Both the position numbers and the translations under genes were made by a program. A DNA stretch of 64,000 nucleotides from Mytilus trossulus (taxonomy: Eukaryota). Position 1 is the stretch's first letter, and every line of letters starts with the position of its first letter. Location of the stretch: assembly GCF_036588685.1 (NCBI RefSeq), contig NC_086378.1:5394001-5458000 (forward strand). The letters are read 5' to 3'. Below are positions 1 through 11,068 of the stretch, piece after piece. Under the pieces are notes generated by a model. It was not told the DNA's origin, searched no databases, and worked only from the letters and a program-made list of their open reading frames with translations.

Positions 1-414
1 AGTTGGGCCTTTGAACATATTTTTCTCTTGCACGTAATGATTTCGATAGTATATATTTCTTGCAGATTCGTTAAAAACAATATGCATTTTATTTTTTCAA
101 GAAATACAAATTGTCACATCAACATATTTAGAAGAGGATACTACTTTGTAACATTATTCTTTTATGTTTTATGTCTTTACGGTAGCCTTCTGCTGTACCT
201 GATCAAAATCTTTTAATCACAGGTTTCTTCAAATGACTTTCTACAATGTCGAATGATTCCATTTGATTTGTATGGTAGTGAATTATCGAAAAGACCATAG
301 TCATTCTTTCGCTGGCTTGTCTTGTGTCTGTATTTAAACAGTAAATGATTTAAGTATGGAGCTTTGTCAATTTGACGATAAACACGAAGTTAATAAAAAC
401 AAATGGCACTGTGC

Positions 415-3400
415 CTAAGACTTGGTCTTTTGCAGAAGTTCCTCCCCTTTTTTTGTTAGCAAATTTACAATTTCAATTTTCCTGTTTATTATAGCATAGT
501 GCAATGGGTTGTATCCTTCTAAGCATAAAATGTCCCTACTTTTGACATCATTTACATATTCTAGTATAAGTCTTACTATATCAATACTGCCTTGTATGCA
601 TACTACGTGTAAAGGAGTAAGCATTGATGTTGATGATCGTGTTTCTACATCTACGGATCCTGTATATTTGAGCAGTAATGAAACGATGGGATATAAATTT
701 CTTTGACAAGCAATGAACAACGCTGTATTGTTATCATTGTTTGCCAAACCAACTTCGGGTTTAGCTTGAAGAAGTAGTTCAACCACTTTTATATTCGCAA
801 TCATGCAGGCATTGTGCAACGGTGTATTACCAGAAATATTTCGGATATTGACATCGATCGAATCTTTTTTCAATAATGCCTGGACGATTTTTACATATCC
901 TTTGTCAGATGCAATATGGAGGGGAGTTTCATTTTGAACATTGATATTATTGATTGCAGCGTTGTTTTTCAGTAACACTTCTAAAACTTCAGTATCATTA
1001 TTCTCACATGCAGCATGGAGGGGTCTTGTGCCATCTTTATTTGGTTGATTAATATCTGCATTGTATTTTGTCAAAACATCAATAACGTCTGAATGTCCTT
1101 CTTTCGATGAGATGAATATTGGCGTTTGCATTGATGTATTCCATTTATTGACATTAGCATTATTGCTTAGTAATAATTTGGCTACTTGTTTATGACCCTC
1201 TGAACATGCTAGATATAGTGGAGTTCTACCCTTATCGTCACTTTTGTTCAATTTCGCTTTATATTTTACAAGGATTTGTACAAGCTGATAATTGCCGTTC
1301 AAACATGCCATTTGTAAAGGCGTACAAGTGTTGTCCCCATCATCAACATCTACACCCTTTTCAAGCAAAAGTTGAGCTATTTCTATGTTACGTTTTTGGC
1401 AGGCATGGTACAGTGGAGTTGCTTGTCCTTTAATTTTTTTCTTGATTAAACCATCAAATTTTAGGAGTAGATCGACCATATCAGCATTAGAGTGAATGCA
1501 TGCTAAATGGAGGGGAGTAATGCCTCTGTTGTCACTTTGAGTGCTTATGGCCTTGTGATCAAGTAATAAATTTGTTAGTTTTATATTATTACTCTGACAT
1601 GCCATATAAAGTGCAGTCATGCCATTTATATCACGAATTTCAACTTCAATATCCTTCAGTTTAATAAGGCTTCAGTAAGCTCCTGATGTTCATAAGAACA
1701 TGCTACGTGAAGCGGAACCAACTCGTTTTGAAAATATTCATTAACACTTGGACCATTTTGCAAATTCAAAATGTCTTCGACTATCTCTGTTCTTCCATTA
1801 AGACAAGCTATGAAAAAAGGAACGCAATTATCTTCGTCAGTTAAACTTAGCAACGCATTATTTTTAAGTAAAACTTTGACAAGTTCTAATGGCCCCTTTT
1901 GACAACTTAGATGTAGAGGCGTTGAGCCTTTAATATTAGGTAGGTTAACAATGCTCTGATTGATTGAGATCATTCGTTCTACTATTTTGGAATGTCCTTT
2001 TATACAGGCTATGTGAATTGGTGCATTGCCATCGCGATTTTTCTTTTTAAGCCGTACTTCATTTTCAAGAAGCAAGTCTACAAGTTCACAGTGTCCCATT
2101 TCACATGCAATAGACAGAGGTGTTTCGTGATCATTGTCTTCACCATTTTTATCACTGCCAGTCTGCAGTAGAGTTGTACAGATTGCTTTGTACCCAAAAT
2201 AACAAGAAATATGGAGAGGCGAAAACCCATTCAGATTACATTTATTGATGTCTGCCCGATTAGAAATTAAAATTTCTACTATTTCATTTCTCCCATAGAA
2301 GGAAGCTATATATAACGGAGTTGCTCCTGTGTTTGTAATTTTATTAATATCCGCGTGTTTTGTAAGTAATAAATTGACCATATTTGTATATTGCATCATG
2401 CAGGCGACGTGAAGGAGAGTCCATCCATGTATATCATCTTTGTTAATAAATTCGTAGTCGGATGTTATTTCTAATATACTAACAACTTTTTCTTCGTTTC
2501 CTTCTCTACAGGCCTTATGAACTTCGTCTTCCTTTTCCTGTATTCTGTAGTCTTTTGCATTGTGACGCTGTAACAGGTTAATAAGATTTGCATTATGGCT
2601 TTTGAGTGCTACAGATAAAGGAGTTTTTTTAAATTTGTCCTCAATATTTACGTTGGCGTTACATTTGATCAATAACTTAGCTATGTGAATTTTTTCCGAC
2701 TTGCAGACCATTAATAAACACGTTTCGCCTTTGTTATTCTTAAGGTCAATATTTGCTTTCAGCTTCAACAAAAGCTCGACCAAATCTGCATTTCTAGAAT
2801 TACATGCAATATGAAGCGGTGTCATTCCTTCATTGTTATATATATTTACAGAAATATCAGTTTGGTAGCCATTTGAATCATAACATAATAGTTTCACTAT
2901 ATCAGTATTATTAGAATACTTTTTGCATGCTACAAATAACGCCGTTTCGCCATCGAAATTGCGTGTGTTTAACCTGGAAAGTGGCACAAGTTTCTCAACT
3001 ATTTTTTTATGATTGTTATGACAAGCTTTATGTAAAGGTGTTGTACCATCTATATCGTAATGATAAACTGCGCAATTTTGTTCCAGTAAAAAGTTCACGA
3101 TATGCAACTGTCCTCCGCGACAAGCTAAATGTAACGGAGTTTCTCCTCTGTAATTGCACTGGTTAATTGCAGCATGGCGTTCACAGAAACATTTGGCAAG
3201 TTCGATAAGACCATGCTCACATACATAATGAAATGGATTGTTTCCGTTTGTGTCACATTGATTTATCGTTGCATTGGATTCTAACAGAAGCTCGACAATC
3301 CCATAATGTCTATGCAGACATGAAACTTGCAATGGCGTCGAATTTTGAATATTCCCTTGATTAACAATCGCGTCATTTTCTATCAATATCTTACATATAC

Positions 3401-4460
3401 TTTCAAGTCCCATCTTGCACGTTTCGTATAGGGGTGTCTGACCTTCTATGTCTACATGGTTTATCAGTGCACCTTTCTTCAGTAGGAGATAGCACATGCT
3501 TTTATTATCACCAACACATGAAACATGTAAAGGAGTACGACCTTGCTTATTACCTTGATTCACAGACGCTCCTTTGGACGTTAGATATTCCACTATATTT
3601 TCAAAACCGTTTGTGCATGCTTTAAAAAGTGCTATTTCTCCAAACATATCTGCTGTTTCGATTTCTGCAGCATTTTATATAAAGAAATCAATCATCGCTT
3701 GGTCGCCATTTTCGCAGGCTAAATGTAAAGAAATAATTCTTTCTCCTCCAACTGTATTAACTAGGGCGTCATGATTCAATAACAATTGAACAATATCTGT
3801 GTTCTGAGCTAATACGGCTGCATGAAGAGGTGTAAATCCATTTATTGTGTTTATATGGACAGAAGCGTCAAACTTTAGTAATAATTTGACCAAACCTTTA
3901 TGACCTTTCTGGCTTGCTATGTACAAAGGCGTACTCCCTGTACCAGTCCCGCAGTTAACTTCTGCATTATTTTGCAGTAATGTTAAAGCTATCACATCGT
4001 TGCCTATTTCACATGCAAGATAAAGAGGTGTTGCTCCAGTGCTTATTTTGCTATCTAAAATTTTACAATTTCTTTTCAGTATCAACTCAACTATGACAGT
4101 AAGTCCTTTAAAGGAAGCAATGTGTAATGCGCTCCACCCATAATCATTTGCACAGTTGATATCTGGGTCCTTGTCCAGCAATATCTTACTTACATCCATA
4201 TGTTCGTTGTAACAACTCAGCATAAGAGGAGTTACATTATTACAGTCTTTTGCATTGATTGAACTATCATTCTTTAAGAGTAGTTTTACTATTAGATTTT
4301 TACCATAACTAGCTGCATAGTGCAATGGGGTTCTCCCTGTATTATCTACTGCTTCTATCATCGAAGCTTCTATTTCAAGAAAAAAATTGTGTCAGGTTGT
4401 AATAACCATGCGCTGCAACAACATGCAATGCTGTGGATCCATCTTTTAAAGTCTTTTGAA
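415..4460 (-). CDS. Ankyrin repeat array (about 35-40 repeats), interrupted
   Basis: Continuous 33-aa G-x-TPLH-x-A repeats across four ORF pieces. Confidence 0.95.
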
Positions 4461-5588
4461 GACTTAACTCATTATTCTTCAACTGAGTAATTAATTTTAC
4501 TCTGTAATCCTTTATTTGTGTTTGGTTGCTGCCTAGTACATCCCAGTTCATCCCCTCTCTTAGGTCCCTTAAAGTTCTGGTGAAAAATGCGTCCTCAAAT
4601 TCTACTGGAATTGATAAGATGTCATTGCTATGAACTGTTTTGAGGGATTCTAAACGTAGTTTGCTGCTAATGAAAGAAGAATTTCCATGTTCTATGATAC
4701 ATTTGATAAATTTCATTCCTATCTGTTGTGAAGCTACATCAAAAATTGTGTCGTGAATGAATGAAAAGTACGAATTCTTTTTAATGTAACAGTGATTGCT
4801 TAGTATATCCCAAATTGTTTTTGTGATGGAGGATAGCCCATGCGATGTTGGTATTAATCCTGCATTATTATTATATAACTATCGTTTGTCAAGGATGCAT
4901 CTAATGCATTATTGAATACTATTAGAAATGCAAGAGCTAAATACGATTCATCTGATTCCTTCATTATATCAATCTCTCCAAATGGAATTGATTGTGACGT
5001 CTGGTCCAACCGCAGTGAGCACAGTAAAGGGAAACTTTTGTATTTTTCAATTGTTGCATCGTCCGGTAACCTGTTTATTGGAAAATAAAGTTTAGCCATT
5101 TCTTTTTTCTCATTCAAAGATAAATCTTGCATTTCATAAACACTGCAGTTTGAAACTATTCCTTCTAAACCTCTTTCTTTGACACTTTTATAAATATCTG
5201 ACCTGCAGGTCAAAAAAATCTTTGTCTTCGTTTTCTCTACAAATGTATCATATATATTGTTCATACAATTTTGCCAACAGTTAATGCGATAAGAATCAAA
5301 AGAAGATATTCCAAAAACGTCATCTAAGACGAATACCTGCTTTTGAAAAGGGTTAATAAGAGCCGTTATGTCAGCACATGTGGAGACCGCAGTGAGATTG
5401 TATCCTTGCTTTTCTTCCAAATTCAACGCAATGTAAAATGCTATGGCTGATTTTCCTGACCCAGACAGTCCAGATATCAATATAATTTGATTACTTGACA
5501 CGAGTTGTTCAACAGCTTTAGTGTTCTCGGAGTAGTCAAATTTCGTCAACTTTTTTTTCCATTCATTTTTTTTTAGGTCTTCCCTTTT
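4460..5588 (-). CDS. nSTAND3-type STAND NTPase and downstream helical region (frameshifted)
   Basis: Walker A GLSGSGKS (5471-5448), Walker B VFVLDD (5336-5319), sensor LTCR, FPLLC and FIHDTIFD motifs typical of bivalve nSTAND3-ANK proteins. Confidence 0.8.
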
Positions 5589-7094
5589 CTGAAAAAAGAG
5601 CAATAGCATTATTTTACAGAATGATTAATTTACTTTTATATAAAATAATTCAATTTTGAAATAGAAGATCAACCTTGCTAATTGAAAGATAAGTGAAGCA
5701 TTATCATGGTATATCATTCTTTGTCGATCATGAAGGTCAGGTTATGATATTGTTGCACTTGTGTACTTCATCATTGTCTGTCAAATGTATGGCTCGAATC
5801 TCTACCAGTTATACCCCTAATGATACTAGAGATACACTGGCACTCGTATACATGTAGAATCTACCACTGTATCGACGGTGATTCGATATTCACCCACTTG
5901 CGACACTTAATTTTTAATTTAAAATGCAAGGCACGCCGAGTGGATAAAATTCGTATTGCACAAGACTTGTTGGTGTAATCTGTTTCTCTAATGATTTTCC
6001 AACGATTTCCAGACAAACGCAATACCTTCTTCTGGATGATCTACAAAAAGGTGTGTTCTTTGTGTGACGACATCAGGCATGGTCGCCTTTTTTCTTGACG
6101 TAACAATAAAAATATCGATTAAAACAGCAGAATTTGATGTTATTATCGAATTTTTACTAATGAAAAAATTAATCAAACGAATCACACGTTTAGAATAGAA
6201 ATATTCAACAGGTCAGGTAAGGCTAAATCGTGTTAGATTTTGAAAAGTATAATAGTCATTGATGACAGTATTTGGAATGCAATACAATATTTGTAAGACT
6301 GAATGATTCTATGTTTAATACAAAAATAAATTATGTGGTTATATTGCCAATGAGCCAACTCTTCACAAGGAACCTAAATGACACAGCAAAGCCAATATCG
6401 CATAGTCAACTATTAAATGCCCGAAAAGAACATATAAAACAATTTAAACGAGAAAACTAACGGCCCTGTTTATGTAAAAAAAAAATGAAAAAAAAACAAA
6501 TATGTAACAAACACTGATATACAGGCTCCTAACTTGGGACAGGCACATACATAAATAATGTGGCGGGGTTAATAAACATGTTAGCGGGATCCCAACCCTC
6601 TCCCTAACCTGGGACAGTGGTATAACAGTACAACATAGGAACGAACTATAAAAATCATTTGAAAAAGAAAGAACTCATCAGATGGACAAAAATACAAGTG
6701 GAAGTGTCCGGGTACTTATACATCCCGAGACAAAAAGACAAAATGAACAGATCTGAGAGTACTCGCAGTTATCTGACAGCTAGTTCAAAGCCGCTAATAG
6801 CCAATAAAAAAAAAATACATGCATCTAAGACTAAACTATCAATTATTATGTTTGTTGTTTTTATGTTAAGCCGATCCGATGAGTCAAGCTCTTTCCTTGT
6901 GAGCTACTTCAATACTGTCCAACATTTTGGAAAATGGTTGATAAAACACCGACATATTCATACAAAATATTTTGGATATTGTTGGTTATTGTCTTCAATA
7001 ACTGTGTTTGTAATTATGTTCAGTTTTCACAAACCAGGTTCAAAACATGAAATGCCCTGAACCAAGTCAGGAAAATGACCATAGTTACATTATA

Positions 7095-7311
7095 CCGTAT
7101 AGCGGGTTATTTTCGCGGGTGTAAAATTTCGCGATTTTCATTGAACAAGGTATACGAAATATTTTGGCGGTTATTATTTTGGCGGATTAAAAACTTGTAT
7201 TAATACCTTTGTATGTACACTTTTAATTTGGCGGAATTTATTTTGGCGATTAAGTTCTTTCCGCGAAAATAAGCGAAAATTTGCACCCCGCGAAAATAAC
7301 CCGCTATACGG
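7095..7311. mobile_element. MITE with TA target duplication (Tc1/mariner-type)
   Basis: TIR ccgtatagcgggttattttcgcggg...cccgcgaaaataacccgctatacgg, flanked by TA; second copy at 26515-26731. Confidence 0.9.
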
Positions 7312-7767
7312 TAGTTCGTTGCTGTGATTTCATTACGGAGTTGTGTCTCACACCTCAGAATACAGTGCTTATAGTTAGGTTACCTACTAACACCGAATGC
7401 CGTTAAGTAAGTTGCTACATACATGTATATAAATGTAAATAGAAAAACCAAATCACGAAAATTCAAAAGAGAAAAACAACACTAATCAGGAATAAAGAAA
7501 GGCAAAATCAACAGTAGTATACCACTGTTACAAATTCATGAATCGAAAGAGAAAAAACAAATCCGGGTATCAACATAAAACTGAGGGAAACGTATCAAAT
7601 ATTAGAGAACTACGACACAACAGAGACACAACTTATTGATATTAATTGCGATTTTCGTACATCAAATAAACTTGTTTTCGGTTATGGTCGATTTTCTTCT
7701 TTCGATTGAAATTTTTTCGGTTTTAATATACCACATATTTTACAAGTACAACTATAATGAACATTAC

Positions 7768-7903
7768 CTTCTGACATTTGTCTAATGAACATCATTGACA
7801 TAACTTGTTTTTGCAATTGTTCATATAGAGTTGGATCAGTTCTACGAAGTTCAGAAAACTCGTCGCAGTCAGATATCAAACTGGGTTCTAACACACATAT
7901 ATT
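7768..7903 (-). CDS. Exon 3, HEPN C-terminus / helical linker
   Basis: tttcag|NICVLEPSLISDCDEF...QMSE G|gtaatg; phase 0 entry matches the end of exon 2. Confidence 0.7.
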
Positions 7904-8252
7904 CTGAAATAAAGAAGAAACTAGTTTATCCTTTTCGTCGTGCATTCATTTCCCTTAATGTTATTATCTGCATATATCTGAAATATTTTTTAGGTTACTG
8001 TAATAGTTTTGTTAAGAAACTGATATTTGGACAGCTGTAAAGAGATCTTTACACAATCCTTTTATTCATATTTTACTTAAAAAGGTTGAAACTTATACTG
8101 ATATTTAAGGTTTATTATACCTTAATTCCTTTTTTTTTTAAATAATAATGACTTTTCTTAAAGAAAATAAGGTTGAATTAACATGTCAATTCTTTATTTC
8201 TAATGAGTGGCAAATAAAAAATATTAAATTAATTAACTTCTTTACTTAATAC

Positions 8253-8476
8253 CTCCACAATGTCTTGCACGAGATTTGAATATACTTCCTCTGCAACAGA
8301 ACCATTATTTGTGTGTGAATATTTATTTCTGTAGAACTTTAATATGGAAATAGCTTCGCCTTCACTTTTATCACGATGTAAGGGCAATTCATCACATATC
8401 CCAATATCAGTCAAATGACGCAGGAGGAACACCATTAATGTAATATCAAACTTTTCAGAATCAGGATCCGGCTCAC
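8253..8476 (-). CDS. Exon 2, HEPN core
   Basis: FDITLMVFLLRHL...LP...D.SEGEAISILKFYRNKYSH; RxxxxH motif (RNKYSH) at 8330-8313; phase-compatible splice sites. Confidence 0.85.
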
Positions 8477-9502
8477 CTGCAAATAATCAAAGAAAATTGA
8501 TTTCCATATATAACTTGCCGCGCAAATTTCACAGTTAAATTTATAATTTTTTTATTATTTTAGGTAGTGAACCTCTCCCTTGTTTTGCAATCTGAAAACT
8601 TGATATCCTAAAGTCCAGATTTATTTTCCCCGTTATTTTTTTAACTACTATTATCTTAAGATTCGGGAATGTTTTTGTAAAATGGCTTTTATTTATTAAT
8701 ATCACAATATATTTTATAATGCATTTTCATTAAAATCAAAAACAAAAATATGGATGGAACTAACACGATGATTTAAATTAACTGTAAATAAGATGATAAT
8801 TCTATATGATTTGCATATAAGGGAATACGTTGATATGATTGGCCAAGGGGACTTCCGGTAGTTGTTCTTGACGTTGGTTATTTTACGATAGACGACGTTG
8901 ACCGAACTTTTTTCGTTACCAATGTAAACAATATGGTGGCAATAATAACAGTGACGTTAACAAAATTTATTTTCACTGCACGTAAATCATAAAATAGAAT
9001 AATACACACAAAATCATTCGTTTGAATGATATTAAGAGTTTTTGCAAAGTATTTTTATCAAATAGCAAATTTCATTGTGTACATATTTTGGCGTTAACCA
9101 ACAAATTTATTCGTGCACCAGGCCTATTTAATGACATGATAATACAATTTACGTTAACGAGCGTGGAAAGGTATATGGTGGACTAACATGTGTTCTATTA
9201 TTTTTGAGAGAAATATTATTGCATCTCAGAATGAACAAAAACAGATAACAATTTTATAACGCGTATTTGTTATTGTTTGTATGTGGAAATCCGGCCATAT
9301 GCACCAAACAATCATAGGTAAATATTGTAATGCCAAAATATTTAAGATGATATTAACATACTTATGGAATTACATTTTAGGAATCACGTAGCTGCAAATG
9401 ATAAAGAATCAATGATAAAAACTGAGGATTCTTATTGATGGCATAATTAGTTGCAAACATGCTCAGATTATATCAAAGTCCAAATTCACTTATTTGAATC
9501 AG

Positions 9503-9892
9503 TTCGGACGCAAGAAATTAATAACGTGTTGTTTTCAATATTTTACATCACTGGGTCGATACCTCTGCTGGTGGACTATCAGTCCCCGAGGGTATCATCA
9601 GCTCAGTAGTCAGTATTTCGGTACTGACATGATTAAACAACTTTACTAAAATTGTCCGTTTATAAATTTATAAATTATTAAGAAACTAAGGTTTCAACTC
9701 CCTCAGGCAAAGTTGGCTTTAGATGAATTTGACTATTTATTTTAGGTATTTTTGACATACAGCTCTTCAACGGTTTCGGTACTTATACATCTTCGGATTT
9801 CAAATGTTTGGCTTTGAGCGTTCCTGATGAAGGTAAATCCAGAAAAGCGCTTCGGACGCAAGAAATTAATAACGTGTTGTTTTCAATATTTT
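9503..9892 (+). mobile_element. Non-LTR retrozyme-like unit (348-nt monomer plus about 42-nt terminal redundancy)
   Basis: Direct repeat ttcggacgcaagaaattaataacgtg... at 9503 and 9851; contains a hammerhead motif; internal similarity to the 45965-46525 family. Confidence 0.8.
9818..9859 (+). ncRNA. Minimal type I hammerhead ribozyme (variant)
   Basis: Stem I GCGUUC/GGACGC, CUGAUGA 9824-9830, weak stem II (A-GG-uaaau-CC-A), GAAA, stem III with GCGC loop, UUC cleavage site after 9853. Confidence 0.7.
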
Positions 9893-9984
9893 AGGTAGTT
9901 ATTATGTTTGTCATCGATCGGATGAATAGAATGAATGTACAAACTATTTGATAAAGCATTAAAATAAAACAAAATGAATCATAC

Positions 9985-10189
9985 CATATGAGGGGTATAT
10001 CAGATTCCATTGGGGTGTACTGATGAATTGTTTCTTGCCCTGAAGTTTTCTTCTACTTTTATTCAGGTGTTCCTTCAACTTTTTTGGATGTATTTCTCTA
10101 TTGAAGACAACCCTGACAGCTTTCGTCGATACAACATTTAAAAGGTATATTAACCGAAAATAATTCACCTGATCCTTTTCTAAATCCAT
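9985..10189 (-). CDS. Exon 1, N-terminal half of DZIP3-like HEPN domain
   Basis: MDLEKDQVNYFRLIYLL...AVRVVFNREIHP...QWNLIYP; acceptor tttacag before 10203, donor G|gtatga. Confidence 0.8.
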
Positions 10190-10559
10190 GACGTCAGGTG
10201 TTCCTGTAAAAATCAATATAAAAGAAAAGAAACCATTATCAACTGTTTTTTTAAGAAACTAATCATTATTCCTTGTTTTCCTCTAACATTGTGTTTGATG
10301 TCTTCATGTATTGCTACTCATGATAATTAAAGGTGTATTTTGCCATATCATAGAAAATAATTTAGAACTGACTTTGCAGTATGAGTTTAATTCATTGTTG
10401 AAGGCTATATACAGTAAGTTATGTGTCATTTTACCTCTTGTGGAGAATTGTCTCATTGGCAATCATTTAATATATTTTCATTTTATATTGTAAGATTTTG
10501 CGGTTTCTACATGATATCGTTGTCAGTTTCTCTTCGACGAAGACGAATATTTTTCAAGC

Positions 10560-11068
10560 AGGTTGTCATGATTTCCTTGATGAAGGGTTAATGCTCACAA
10601 GGAAGCTATAAAACCAAGAGTTCCGAATTTCAAATCAAAGTTCAAATCATCCTTTCGTAAGTTGAACATACGCCATCATGAGTTGGTTGACTGTTATGGA
10701 ATAACAGTTTCACAGATGATATCGGATATTTTCCTTATTTGTCTGTGTGTCATTTTATTTTTTAGCATATTATTCCTGATGTCATAACTTCAATATATTC
10801 CCCTCAACACGGATGTAACCTGCCAAATTATACTATCTATCGAATTTGTAATAACATGTGGAGCAAGACCTGCTTACACATCCGGAGCACCTATCGATCA
10901 CTCCCAGTTTCTGGCAGGGTTCGTGTTGCTTAGTCTTTAGTTTTTCAATATTGTATCTTGTTTACTATTATTTGTCTGTTTTATCTTTTTCTTTTTTTAG
11001 CTGTGGCGTTGCCATTTTATTTCCAATTGATGAGTTTGACAGTCCCTCTGGTATATTTCGCCCCTTTT
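10560..11068 (+). mobile_element. Penelope-like (Naiad-type) 3' fragment
   Basis: Degenerate match to the RT C-terminus and 3' tail of 59143-60317. Confidence 0.75.

Larger units (their letters stand above)
415..10189 (-). pseudogene. HEPN(DZIP3-like)-nSTAND3 NTPase-ankyrin repeat NLR-like gene, disrupted reading frame (pseudogene or assembly errors)
   Basis: GT-AG exons 10203-9985 (ATG at 10189), 8476-8253, 7903-7768 and 5588-415. Exons 1-3 join in frame. The large last exon is broken into ORFs 4854-5609, 4375-4716, 3675-4361, 1656-3647 and 415-1620 by indels and TAA stops. Confidence 0.8.

Noticed and set aside
214-450. Alternative C-terminal extension of the ankyrin protein via the A7 run
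   Set aside because: Other frames give short extensions with no recognisable motif; cannot be decided.
8847-8856. NF-kB-like site GGGGACTTCC in the HEPN gene intron
   Set aside because: A single 10-mer with no supporting evidence; may belong to a repeat.
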